From assembly GCF_039968395.1 (NCBI RefSeq), contig NZ_JBDVPV010000001.1, positions 522,327 to 586,326 of the forward strand: 64,000 bases of DNA, given 5' to 3'. The notes beneath the pieces are model-generated. The model searched no databases. It was given only the letters and a program-made list of their open reading frames with translations, and was not told where the DNA came from. Positions within the stretch are counted from its first letter, which is position 1; every line of letters begins with the position of its first letter. This DNA is from Parasphingorhabdus sp. (GTDB lineage: Bacteria > Pseudomonadota > Alphaproteobacteria > Sphingomonadales > Sphingomonadaceae). Of this stretch, positions 26,968 to 36,252 are shown one piece after another. The translations under genes were made by a program, and so were the position numbers.

Positions 26968-28305
26968 TTACCGGGTTTTCGGTGCCAGCAAGTCCAGTGC
27001 GGCTGCGGTCATCGCTTCGGTCCCCAGAGTAACGGATTCTCTCGGGGCCACTTTGAAGAAGGGTGAATGATGGGATGGCACCTGTGCGCCGCCATTTTTC
27101 TCCCGATCAAAATCCGCTTGCGGTGTCCCGCCAACCGAGAAATAAACGCCGGGCACATCGGTATTGGGAGCCACAAAATAGGCAAAATCTTCTGCGCCCA
27201 TACCTTCCCGTGGTTCTTCATGGAACACGTCACCTCCAAATCTTTCACCGAAAAGGGCCTTGATGCGGCTGGTCAATGGCGCGTCGTTATAATTGGCCGG
27301 TGTCGATTCATGAGATACTTTTACCTCAGGCAGCTTGTCTTCCGGCAAGCCATTCATGCGACCGACATTTTCCGCAATTCGTTTTATACCCGCAAGCAGT
27401 TTTTTGCGGGTATTTTCGTCATCAGAACGGACAGTCAGTTGCATCTCGGCTTTGTCGGAAATGATGTTGTGCTTGAACCCGCTGTGGAAGGACCCAACTG
27501 TCACCACACCCGGCTTGAGAGGGGCGATCTCACGACTGACAAGCGTCTGCAAATTCATGATGATCTGCGCACCCATGACGATCGGGTCTTTCCCGCGGTG
27601 GGGAGAAGCACCATGTGCTCCGACGCCGTGAACGACAATGTCAACGCTGTCGGAGGAGCTGCTGGCGATACCCGAGTCAACGGCAATTTTACCGGTTGGA
27701 ACGCCTGATGAAACGTGAAAAGCCATGGCATAATCGGGCTTTGGAAAGCGGCTGTACAGGCCATCATCCATCATCAGTTTCGCGCCGCCAATCCGTTCTT
27801 CGGCAGGTTGAGCGATCAGGATCAATGTCCCGCTCCATTGGTCTTTCATGCCAGCAAGCTGTCGCCCGGTACCGATCAGCGAGGTAATGTGTACATCGTG
27901 GCCGCAAGCGTGCATGACCGGTTTTTCCTGACCGTCTATGCTGACCTGCGTAACAGTCGACATATAATCCAGACCGCTGTCTTCGACCAGTGGCAGACCA
28001 TCCATGTCCGCACGCAGCATCAATGTCGGGCCGTCACCATTTTTCATGACAGCCACAACACCGGTTCCGCCAACTTTTTCTGTCACCTCAAAACCGGCAG
28101 CACGCCATTCCTTGGCCATGATCGCTGCCGTGCGGGTTTCCTTGTAGGAAAGTTCCGGGTTGCGGTGAAAATCGAGAAACAGTGCTTCCAGCTTGTTGTC
28201 ATAATCTACGGAAATGGCTTTCCCAAGATCGGTTGATTGGGCTGATGCAGGCTGGAAGGCCGCCATACTTGTGGTAGCGGCCAGAGCCAGAATGAAACGT
28301 TTCAC
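26968..28305 (-). CDS. M20-family amidohydrolase (hippurate hydrolase/aminoacylase type) with a signal peptide
   Basis: The signal is MKRFILALAATTSMAAFQPASA. Metal-binding motifs HACGHD and QPAEE are present. Confidence 0.85.
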   Translation of the reverse strand: MKRFILALAATTSMAAFQPASAQSTDLGKAISVDYDNKLEALFLDFHRNPELSYKETRTAAIMAKEWRAAGFEVTEKVGGTGVVAVMKNGDGPTLMLRADMDGLPLVEDSGLDYMSTVTQVSIDGQEKPVMHACGHDVHITSLIGTGRQLAGMKDQWSGTLILIAQPAEERIGGAKLMMDDGLYSRFPKPDYAMAFHVSSGVPTGKIAVDSGIASSSSDSVDIVVHGVGAHGASPHRGKDPIVMGAQIIMNLQTLVSREIAPLKPGVVTVGSFHSGFKHNIISDKAEMQLTVRSDDENTRKKLLAGIKRIAENVGRMNGLPEDKLPEVKVSHESTPANYNDAPLTSRIKALFGERFGGDVFHEEPREGMGAEDFAYFVAPNTDVPGVYFSVGGTPQADFDREKNGGAQVPSHHSPFFKVAPRESVTLGTEAMTAAALDLLAPKTR

Positions 28306-28332
28306 GATTTTCCCCTCGGTAATTTTTTCTCT

Positions 28333-28725
28333 TTATGCCGGTCCAAGGCGGAACGCGCAAAGCTTATTGCCTTCCGGATCCCGAAAATAGGCTGCATAAA
28401 ATGCCATTGGCCCGTCATCGCCGCGAACACCGGGCGCGCCTTCGTCGCTGCCACCCAGTTCGATGCCTTTGTTGTAGAAATTGTCGACTTCGGACCGCTC
28501 CTGCATTTGCAGCGCAATCATGTTGCCATTGCCCGGCTGGGCGGCATCGCCGTTAAATGGCTGGGTGATTGCTATGGATGGCGAAGTCATATCGACGCCA
28601 TATAAGGTGAAACCGTTTTCCTCCATTTCCATGAGGCGTTTCGCGCCCAATTCGCCGAGCAACCCATCATAATAGTTGCGCGCTTTTTCGAGATCATTCG
28701 TGCCAAGAGTTACATATCCAATCAT
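28333..28725 (-). CDS. VOC (glyoxalase/bleomycin-resistance) family protein
   Basis: The 130-aa product reads MIGYVTLGTNDLEKARNYYD...AFYAAYFRDPEGNKL. Confidence 0.8.
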   Translation of the reverse strand: MIGYVTLGTNDLEKARNYYDGLLGELGAKRLMEMEENGFTLYGVDMTSPSIAITQPFNGDAAQPGNGNMIALQMQERSEVDNFYNKGIELGGSDEGAPGVRGDDGPMAFYAAYFRDPEGNKLCAFRLGPA

Positions 28726-28729
28726 CGAT

Positions 28730-29113
28730 TCATCCTCCCATGTTCATTTTGCAAACGCAGATTTTGTTGCCGTCAAGGTCGCGGAAATACGCGCCGTAGA
28801 ACACGTCCGGTGCCCGCCAGCCCGGTTCGCCTTCATCGGCGGCGCCCAAGCCCAGTGCCTTTGCGTGCAGCGCGTCAATTTCTTCGGTTGAGTCAAACGA
28901 CAGGGCAACCATCGTCCCATTGCCGAAACAGGCTTCACCCTCGTCATAGGGGCTTGTGATACACAGCATCGGCTGCCCCGGCCCCTTGCCGAAAAACTGA
29001 CCGCCTGCGGGCGTCTTGAACAGGCGCTTGATGTCCGTATCTTCGAACAGGGCATCATAAAATGCGAAGGCTTTGTCTTTGTCGTTTGTTCCGAGCATGG
29101 TGTAGGCGATCAT
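28730..29113 (-). CDS. VOC family protein, a tandem paralogue of the previous gene
   Basis: The start MIAYTMLGTNDKDKAFAFYD is at 29113, and the C-terminal part reads YGAYFRDLDGNKI. The longer track ORF would overlap the upstream gene. Confidence 0.8.
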   Translation of the reverse strand: MIAYTMLGTNDKDKAFAFYDALFEDTDIKRLFKTPAGGQFFGKGPGQPMLCITSPYDEGEACFGNGTMVALSFDSTEEIDALHAKALGLGAADEGEPGWRAPDVFYGAYFRDLDGNKICVCKMNMGG

Positions 29114-29165
29114 CGTTCTTCTCCTGGAAGCGTTTGCGGTTGATTCGGTTTCGGAGTGAAACCTA

Positions 29166-30428
29166 TCAGTCGCAGGAAAAGATGCAATGACCTGCGGGGT
29201 CATTTTCCGGAACCTGAGTACGAAAAAAGGCTGTTCCGGTTTTACTTTCCGGATCGAACCACAATCCCGATCTGAGACCATAGGCTTCTCCGGAATGGCC
29301 GTAACGCGTTATGCCATCCCCAAACGGATCGTCCTTGCAGACACCGGGACGCCCGGCGAGCGCCAATATGTGTACGGACAGGCCATAAGCACAGAAATAT
29401 CCATCTTCGCTTTCACCGTTATTGCCATCATAAACCCATATCGGTTTCAATAGCTCGGCAACTGTTCCCGGTTTCAGGAAAGGTCGCGTCTTCATCAGCT
29501 CAGACCGATCTGCTGATGCGCTTTTGACGCGACCGCCATTCAAAAACATCTGGCCGACTTTCGCCAATTGCTGGGCAGAGATCCGCAATCCACCTTGAGG
29601 GCTGAACGGACTTCCGGTCACGCCCGCGCGTTCTTTGGAATAGCCGCATTTCCCGGAAGTGGCTGGCACAGTGGAACAAGGCTGTTCCCGAAATTCCGCG
29701 TCCCGAAGGGCTTTGCCCTCACTGTCATACAAGGTGACGGCTTTGGCGGCGGTTTCGTCGGTGCATGCGACCCAGTTATAGCATGCTGTCAAACCCAATG
29801 GCGCAAAAACCTGTTCGGCCATGATCTTACTGAACGGCGCATTGTGGCCACTGGGAAGCTGTGTCGTGGTTTCGATGACTGCGGCGATTATCTGCGAATT
29901 GAGATTTGAATAGGCAAAATAACTGCCGGGTTCATGTACCAGATCCCATGCTTTGGGATCGGTGGTTATTCTAGCGAGCGGAATATCAACAGCAATCGCA
30001 TAGCCTGCTGCATCCCGCAAACCCGCTGTGTGCGACATAAGCTGCCGCAACGTGATCGATCGCCGGGGAAAAGCGGGATTGTGCAGGTCCCAGGATAGAT
30101 AGTCGTTTACGTCTCGATCCAGATCAAGTTTACCTTGGTCGACAAGGCGCATGACGCCAAGCGCCATGACAAATTTCGAAATGGACGCAATACGGACAGG
30201 GTCATTCGGCTGAAGTGCGCGCTGGTCAATATGGTTCGCTTCGCCCTGAAGGGCAGTGACGTTGAAACTATTCGAGCCAAAATCGATCATCACCGCAGCG
30301 GGTGATCTTGCGTCGCCATACCCGGCTTCCCGTGGATGAACCCGTTCTGTAGGCCAGCCCGCCGCAAAAAGAAAAACGCAGCAAAGACAAAGTGTCTTCA
30401 CTGCGTTTTTCAAATGTTCATTTCGCAC
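29166..30428 (-). CDS. Beta-lactamase-fold serine hydrolase, secreted
   Basis: The 420-aa product has a hydrophobic N-terminus and an SxxK motif (SISK) in RIASISKFVMALGVM. Confidence 0.8.
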   Translation of the reverse strand: MRNEHLKNAVKTLCLCCVFLFAAGWPTERVHPREAGYGDARSPAAVMIDFGSNSFNVTALQGEANHIDQRALQPNDPVRIASISKFVMALGVMRLVDQGKLDLDRDVNDYLSWDLHNPAFPRRSITLRQLMSHTAGLRDAAGYAIAVDIPLARITTDPKAWDLVHEPGSYFAYSNLNSQIIAAVIETTTQLPSGHNAPFSKIMAEQVFAPLGLTACYNWVACTDETAAKAVTLYDSEGKALRDAEFREQPCSTVPATSGKCGYSKERAGVTGSPFSPQGGLRISAQQLAKVGQMFLNGGRVKSASADRSELMKTRPFLKPGTVAELLKPIWVYDGNNGESEDGYFCAYGLSVHILALAGRPGVCKDDPFGDGITRYGHSGEAYGLRSGLWFDPESKTGTAFFRTQVPENDPAGHCIFSCD

Positions 30429-30431
30429 GAG

Positions 30432-30974
30432 TTAGCCGGCGGTGCATGCGCCAATCCGTTTGCCGCTGTTCTTTGCGGTGATTTTCATATTCACGCCAGC
30501 TGCTCCGCCATCCATGCTCAACGTCATGTCATAGCTGCTGGGGCCATATTGACCGGTCATCGCCATTGTCATCTGTCCGGCGCCCTGGTTCATGTTGGTG
30601 CAGGACATTTCGGAATCGATCGCTCCGCCGCTCATGTCGAATTTTTTGACTTCACAATCAAATTCCTTCTGCGCAGAGAAAAATTCTGCACCAGGGTTTT
30701 TGGCCTGTTCTTCGCTCATGCACGACTTGCTTGTCGTTTTCTGGCTCTTCATGTTTTCGATCAGGCCGGCCGGCGCACCGCCCGGCATACCTTCGATTTC
30801 AACATCTATGATCTCAACCGTGTTTTCCCATTCGCCATGCTCCAGGCTGACTTCATTCATTTCAGCGGCGACTTCTTCGGTCGTGATTTTGCCATCACCG
30901 TCCGCATCTGCGCCATTATCAGAGCAGCCGGATATGAGTGCCACAACTGCGGCAGAAGCTAGAATCTTTTTCAC
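30432..30974 (-). CDS. DUF3617-like lipoprotein with an N-terminal EF-hand-type loop
   Basis: The GTG start gives [17 protein letters not shown], which contains a lipobox. [13 protein letters not shown] loop follows. The conserved Cys pattern and the C-terminal KRIGAC are typical of DUF3617. Confidence 0.65.
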   Translation of the reverse strand: MKKILASAAVVALISGCSDNGADADGDGKITTEEVAAEMNEVSLEHGEWENTVEIIDVEIEGMPGGAPAGLIENMKSQKTTSKSCMSEEQAKNPGAEFFSAQKEFDCEVKKFDMSGGAIDSEMSCTNMNQGAGQMTMAMTGQYGPSSYDMTLSMDGGAAGVNMKITAKNSGKRIGACTAG

Positions 30975-31101
30975 GTTAATTCCCCAACATTTTTCAATCT
31001 CTGGTTTTTGCCATAGCCTGCAGCATTTGTCTTGTAAATTTGCGTTACCTGCCGTCCAGAATTGGGATGACAATGGACCCTTTTTGTTCCATATCCCGCT
31101 G

Positions 31102-33285
31102 ATGGCAAAACTGGTGATCAGAGAGGGTCTGGCCGAACCGGACACAGACGGAAAATTTGTTCCGCACAAACCCGCACGCCCCGAGAAATCAGAGGGTGGC
31201 AGGTCTTTTGAGCTAGTCAGCGATTTTGAACCATCCGGAGATCAGCCCACTGCTATCGCGGAACTGGTCGAAGGGATTGGCGGCGACGAAAAAGATCAGG
31301 TGCTGTTGGGAGTTACCGGGTCGGGCAAGACGTTCACGATGGCAAAAATCATCGAGAAACTGCAGCGTCCGGCACTGATTCTTGCGCCAAACAAGATATT
31401 GGCGGCCCAGCTCTATGGAGAATTCAAGAGCTTTTTCCCCAATAATGCGGTCGAATATTTCGTCAGCTATTATGACTATTATCAACCCGAGGCCTATGTC
31501 GCGCGTTCCGACACCTATATCGAGAAAGAAAGCTCGGTTAATGAAGCGATAGACCGGATGCGGCACAGCGCTACCCGGTCACTACTCGAACGCGACGACG
31601 TGATTATTGTTGCATCTGTTTCCTGCTTGTACGGGATCGGCTCGGTTGAAACCTATTCGGCGATGATCTTTGACCTGAAAAAGGAACAATCGGTTGATCA
31701 GCGGGATATCATCCGCAAGCTGGTGTCGTTGCAATATAAGCGTAACGATCAGGCCTTTGCCCGCGGGAATTTCCGGGTGCGCGGAGATAATCTTGAGATT
31801 TTCCCATCCCACTATGAGGATATGGCCTGGCGGATTTCCTTTTTTGGTGACGAGATAGAGGATATTGTCGAATTTGATCCGCTGACCGGCAAGAAGGGCG
31901 CAAGCCTGAACCGGGTCAGGATTTTCGCCAATTCGCACTATGTAACGCCCGGACCGACAATGAAACAGGCGATGGAGGCGATCAAACTGGAGCTCGGTGT
32001 GCGGCTCAAGGAGCTGGAGGCTGAGGGCAAGTTGCTCGAACACCAGCGGCTGGAACAGCGGACGAATTTCGATCTGGAAATGATCGGCGCAACGGGAAGC
32101 TGTGCAGGCATCGAGAATTATTCGCGGTTTTTGACCGGTCGCATGCCCGGCGAGCCGCCACCCACCCTGTTCGAATATCTGCCGGACAATGCGCTTCTGT
32201 TCGTTGATGAAAGTCACCAGACGGTTCCGCAAATCGGCGCCATGTCAAAGGGTGATCATCGCCGCAAGATCACGCTGGCGGAATACGGGTTTCGCTTGCC
32301 GAGCTGTATCGACAACCGGCCACTGCGATTCAACGAATGGGATGCCATGCGGCCACAAACCGTCAGCGTTTCGGCGACACCTGGGAATTGGGAAATGGAA
32401 CAGACGGGGGGCGTTTTCAGCGAGCAAGTCATTCGTCCAACCGGCCTTATCGATCCCCCGGTCGAGATCAAGCCGGTTGAAGATCAGGTGGATGATCTGA
32501 TCAACGAGTGCCGGAAAGTGGCGCAGCAGGGCTATCGCACTCTGGTGACAACGCTGACCAAGCGGATGGCGGAAGACCTGACCGAATTCATGCACGAAGC
32601 GGGAATCAAGGTCCGTTACATGCACAGCGATACCGAGACACTGGAACGGATCGAACTGATCCGCGATCTGCGACTGGGCGTCTATGATGTGCTGGTGGGC
32701 ATCAACCTGCTGCGGGAGGGGCTGGATATTCCCGAATGCGGGCTGGTCGCGATACTCGATGCGGACAAGGAGGGTTTTCTGCGTTCCGAAACATCATTGA
32801 TCCAGACGATTGGCCGCGCTGCGCGTAATGTGGAAGGCCGGGTCATTCTCTATGCCGATCGCATGACCGGTTCGATGGAGCGGGCACTGAATGAAACCGG
32901 ACGCCGGCGCGCGAAGCAGGAAGAATATAATCTCGAGCACGGGATAACGCCAACAACGATCAAGAAGAATATCGGCGATATTGTCGCACATGTTGCAAGC
33001 AAGGATCAGGTCACCGTTCCTATTGATGATGATACGGAACATCTCGTCGGACATAATTTGCGCAGCCATATCGAAAGCCTCGAAAAACGCATGCGCGATG
33101 CTGCGGCTGATCTGGAGTTTGAAGAAGCCGGCCGGTTGCGTGACGAAATTCGCAAACTGGAGGCGGATGAACTCGGCGTGCCCGCAGATCTGCAGGTCGC
33201 CGCGCCGAAGGGCAGGTCGACCGAAGGCCGGCCTGGGACCCGCAAGGGCAAATATGGCCGAACCAGCAAAAAACGGATGGGGTGA
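31102..33285 (+). CDS. uvrB: Excinuclease ABC subunit B
   Basis: The 727-aa product from MAKLVIREG has Walker [13 protein letters not shown], helicase motifs and a C-terminal UVR domain ([16 protein letters not shown]). The track ORF from 30592 is a spurious 5' extension. Confidence 0.95.
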   Translation: MAKLVIREGLAEPDTDGKFVPHKPARPEKSEGGRSFELVSDFEPSGDQPTAIAELVEGIGGDEKDQVLLGVTGSGKTFTMAKIIEKLQRPALILAPNKILAAQLYGEFKSFFPNNAVEYFVSYYDYYQPEAYVARSDTYIEKESSVNEAIDRMRHSATRSLLERDDVIIVASVSCLYGIGSVETYSAMIFDLKKEQSVDQRDIIRKLVSLQYKRNDQAFARGNFRVRGDNLEIFPSHYEDMAWRISFFGDEIEDIVEFDPLTGKKGASLNRVRIFANSHYVTPGPTMKQAMEAIKLELGVRLKELEAEGKLLEHQRLEQRTNFDLEMIGATGSCAGIENYSRFLTGRMPGEPPPTLFEYLPDNALLFVDESHQTVPQIGAMSKGDHRRKITLAEYGFRLPSCIDNRPLRFNEWDAMRPQTVSVSATPGNWEMEQTGGVFSEQVIRPTGLIDPPVEIKPVEDQVDDLINECRKVAQQGYRTLVTTLTKRMAEDLTEFMHEAGIKVRYMHSDTETLERIELIRDLRLGVYDVLVGINLLREGLDIPECGLVAILDADKEGFLRSETSLIQTIGRAARNVEGRVILYADRMTGSMERALNETGRRRAKQEEYNLEHGITPTTIKKNIGDIVAHVASKDQVTVPIDDDTEHLVGHNLRSHIESLEKRMRDAAADLEFEEAGRLRDEIRKLEADELGVPADLQVAAPKGRSTEGRPGTRKGKYGRTSKKRMG

Positions 33286-33421
33286 AGCGAGAGATAAACT
33301 CCATTGAATTGCCGGTCGTCCGATTGAGCGGAAGGCTGAATCCGTATATAGTCGAGTCGGGCAATCAAAAGGCAGGGGACAACTGGAGCGCCGATCGTAG
33401 CGGCGTTGAAAGGATGACACG

Positions 33422-33757
33422 ATGACCCTCGCATCCCGCCTGTTCACCAAAGCCGCCGGAAAGCTTGATAACAGGTTCCGCAATGTCCACCCCGGTGACG
33501 TACTGCATTATGATTTTGGGATAGGCGAAGAACTGGACCCGGAAGATCTTGCTGCAGATACGGGCATCGCAATTTCCAAGATAAAGTCAGTCGTGCATTG
33601 CAAGGCTGGAATCGACGCTGATATGGATTTGCGACTGGGTCGCTATTTTCAGCTTCCCGATGGCTTTTTCCTGCGAATGCAGAATGACTATGATCTGGAA
33701 GCCGTGCATAATGAGGTCGATGCGGATCTGATCCAGATTGAACCCCGAGGCAGCTAG
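33422..33757 (+). CDS. HigA-type (VapI/XRE HTH) antitoxin-like protein, with no toxin partner in view
   Basis: The product contains HPGDVL..., a helix-turn-helix region, and DLRLGRYFQLPDGFFLRMQNDYDLE. This matches the HigA addiction-module antidote pattern. Confidence 0.65.
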   Translation: MTLASRLFTKAAGKLDNRFRNVHPGDVLHYDFGIGEELDPEDLAADTGIAISKIKSVVHCKAGIDADMDLRLGRYFQLPDGFFLRMQNDYDLEAVHNEVDADLIQIEPRGS

Positions 33758-33875
33758 TTTCCGGCCAGCGTCCATTCGATCAACAACAGATTGAAGCAGA
33801 CCAACAACATGCATCCGTCTTGTGCAAACCGGGTGGCAGGTTCATGTTCCCTCGAACGTTGAGGGAGAGAATATC

Positions 33876-34676
33876 ATGCGTGCATTCATAACGACGGTTC
33901 TAGCGACATCGGTTCTGGCGCTGGGCGCCTGTACTTACTCGGAAACAGAATCCGGGTCCGCGTCTTCAGCTGCAACCCGGCAGGCTGCTCCCGATTTTGC
34001 TGCCGCTGTATCCGCGCCGGGACGTGTAGACGGTGATACCAAGCTGGACGGCAGCCGGATGCCGGTTGAAATTCTGTCGTTCATGGGGCTGGAAACGGGC
34101 GATACCGTTGTCGATATATTCGCGGGCGGGGGATATTATTCCGAGATCATGGGTGCGGCAGTCGGGTCGGGCGGATCGGTCCTGGCCGTGAATCCACCGC
34201 AATTTGTATCGAGTGACGCCGCCAAAGCGAAATGGGCCGGCGTCAAAGCGCGGCAGTCCCATGTCTCTATGCTGCCTTCACAATTGCCGGGCTATAAACC
34301 CGCTGCCAACAGCATCGATTTTGCCATGCTGCATTTGATTTATCACGACTTTTATTGGGAAAGCGAGCAGTTCAAAGTTGAGCGCATGGATCCAGCCGTA
34401 ATATTGTCCAATCTCTATGCCGGTATGAAGCCGGGCGGCATTGTGGCCGTGATCGATCACACCGGCAATGCCGGCGACACACGCGAGATTGTTGAAAAAA
34501 CACATCGGATTGATCCGGCCACCGCAAAAGCGGATTTCGCAGCAGCTGGGTTCGTCCTCGAAGCGGAGAGTAACATGTTTGCCAATCCCGAGGATGATCT
34601 TGATAAAAATGTATTTGATCCAGCTCTTCGCGGAAAAACGGATCGTTTTGTGATGAAGTTTCGCAAACCCGAATGA
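33876..34676 (+). CDS. Class I SAM-dependent methyltransferase-like protein with a lipoprotein signal
   Basis: A GAGGGAGAG RBS lies upstream. The N-terminus MRAFITTVLATSVLALGAC contains a lipobox. The SAM motif is VVDIFAGGGYYSE. Confidence 0.7.
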   Translation: MRAFITTVLATSVLALGACTYSETESGSASSAATRQAAPDFAAAVSAPGRVDGDTKLDGSRMPVEILSFMGLETGDTVVDIFAGGGYYSEIMGAAVGSGGSVLAVNPPQFVSSDAAKAKWAGVKARQSHVSMLPSQLPGYKPAANSIDFAMLHLIYHDFYWESEQFKVERMDPAVILSNLYAGMKPGGIVAVIDHTGNAGDTREIVEKTHRIDPATAKADFAAAGFVLEAESNMFANPEDDLDKNVFDPALRGKTDRFVMKFRKPE

Positions 34677-34958
34677 TGTCTGGATGTTCGCAAAAGTCCC
34701 GCGGAGGGCCCGCGAATCGCTTCCCGGAGAGCAAGTGATTGATCCTGCAAGCCTATTTGCGATGTTGTCCGGTACAGGAAAAACGCGGGTTTTTTCCGGC
34801 TTCTTCTGCAGTGGTAAAGTTACCGAAAAATATAATAATATTTCAACACATTACGACGAGTTACAATTGTTTACATGACTATTCATGCTGAATTCGGTTA
34901 TTGACCTCTATGTAAGTTGCGTATTCGCGAGTTGGCGAAATGACTTCGTCACCGAATT

Positions 34959-35375
34959 TTGGATGACGGGATTTCCATGGAGCTTTTTGTGAATAGCGAC
35001 GGCAAAAGCAAAAACAGCAGTTCGTCTGCAGCGGGATGGCGTGGCCGTTCTGATGGTATCGCGTTTGACCGTGCAGAAGTGCGGGCTGGTCCAACCTTGG
35101 GTGATGGTTTGTATCTGGTTGTCTCGGGGCCAGTTCCCGATATTCCGGCGCAGATAAAATTGCGCCCGGTGCTGAATGATCTCGCACCTGAGTATCGGCG
35201 GATTGAGATTGTATCGGAATCGCAGCCAGAAGCCGGTGTCGCCGGAAACAAGAATGGTGACAAGCGTGGGGGCAAGTATGAACGATCCATGCCGCTGTCC
35301 GGACTGTCCGGAACCAAAGGCATCGAGCTCGTGGGAAGCAATGGGACCAGGAAATTTGATTTGATCAGTCATTGA
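34959..35375 (+). CDS. Hypothetical protein (138 aa, or 132 aa from ATG 34977)
   Basis: This is the only protein-like reading frame in an otherwise empty, AT-rich gap. Its codon usage resembles its neighbours. It has no clear RBS and no recognisable family. Confidence 0.4.
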   Translation: MDDGISMELFVNSDGKSKNSSSSAAGWRGRSDGIAFDRAEVRAGPTLGDGLYLVVSGPVPDIPAQIKLRPVLNDLAPEYRRIEIVSESQPEAGVAGNKNGDKRGGKYERSMPLSGLSGTKGIELVGSNGTRKFDLISH

Positions 35376-35426
35376 GTTTGACCGACGGCGCCCGGATTCA
35401 GGGTCGCAGGTTGTCGGAACAAAGGC

Positions 35427-35463
35427 GGGAGACAGGTTTGAGTAGCGTAGAAACCTGTCTCCC
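35427..35463. other. Perfect 13-bp stem / 11-nt loop hairpin
   Basis: GGGAGACAGGTTT-gagtagcgtag-AAACCTGTCTCCC. No U-tract follows on either strand. Confidence 0.6.
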
Positions 35464-35563
35464 GATCCTTGGAAACCCTGAAGTTGCGTAGTCTAAAAGT
35501 TTAGTCCGGCACTCCTTTTTACGAGGGGGCTTTCAGGGGGTTTGCAAGCCGCCGGACAATGGA

Positions 35564-35612
35564 AGCAGAGTTGGTGCGCCAGTTGAGTATTGCGCGTCAG
35601 CTCTGCTTTTTT
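35564..35612 (+). terminator. Rho-independent terminator (+ strand), with no CDS ending close to it
   Basis: AGCAGAG..GGTGCGC...GCGCGTC.GCTCTGCT forms an extended stem followed by TTTTTT. It lies about 190 nt downstream of the 34959 ORF and abuts the convergent thioredoxin gene. Confidence 0.6.
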
Positions 35613-35616
35613 GTGC

Positions 35617-36234
35617 CTAGCTGGCGTATTTCACCGAACAGCCATAAGCCCGGGACTGGGCAATGCGGATCGCGTTACCACTTTTCAGGTCTGACAGGGC
35701 GGCGGCAACATGGTTGCGCGCACCTTTGATGTCGGCAGGATTGGCCGTGGGCTTGTCGTCAATACCGCCCTGGTAGACAAGCTTGCCTGCACCATCGATG
35801 ACGTACATGTGCGGCGTCGTACGGGCGCCATATGCCTTGCCGATCAGGCCTTTGCGATCGAGCAGATAGTGGCTGGCCTTTAGATTTTGCTCTGCAAACA
35901 GGGTCTGTGCCTGCTTGCTGGACATATATCCTTGCTTGCCCGGTGCTCCGCTGTTGATGGTGAGCCACACGACGCCCTGTTTGCGCGCTGCAGCCTGGGT
36001 GCTTTGCATGTTACCGCTATCATAATGTTTCTTCACGAACGGACAGCCGGGATTATGCCATTCCAGCACAACGGTCTTGCCGCGAAAACTGGATAGCTGA
36101 ACGGTGTTGCCGTTCATGTCAGTCAATTTGAAATCCTGCGCCACAGCACCATTTTTTTGCCCGGCGGCAAGCGGCTGAGCCAGTCCTGCAACTGCAACCG
36201 TTGCCATTGTGGCCAGAGCAAAATTTTTCAGCAT
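35617..36234 (-). CDS. Thioredoxin-fold (redoxin/TlpA-like) periplasmic protein
   Basis: The product has a signal peptide and the motif VVLEWHNPGCPFVKKHY. It lies downstream of a DsbD-family gene. Confidence 0.8.
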   Translation of the reverse strand: MLKNFALATMATVAVAGLAQPLAAGQKNGAVAQDFKLTDMNGNTVQLSSFRGKTVVLEWHNPGCPFVKKHYDSGNMQSTQAAARKQGVVWLTINSGAPGKQGYMSSKQAQTLFAEQNLKASHYLLDRKGLIGKAYGARTTPHMYVIDGAGKLVYQGGIDDKPTANPADIKGARNHVAAALSDLKSGNAIRIAQSRAYGCSVKYAS

Positions 36235-36252
36235 GATTCTTTCCTCGCTTGT

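Noticed and set aside
30592-31101. The 5' extension of the uvrB ORF, which would give an 897-aa protein.
   Set aside because: The extension overlaps the DUF3617 lipoprotein gene on the opposite strand and has no UvrB homology. UvrB-like sequence begins only after ATG 31102.
34908-35372. Minus-strand ORFs of 154 and 130 aa overlapping the 34959-35375 hypothetical ORF.
   Set aside because: Their composition is Arg/Cys/Trp/Pro rich and unlike real proteins in this window. The + strand frame looks more protein-like, although it too is only weakly supported.
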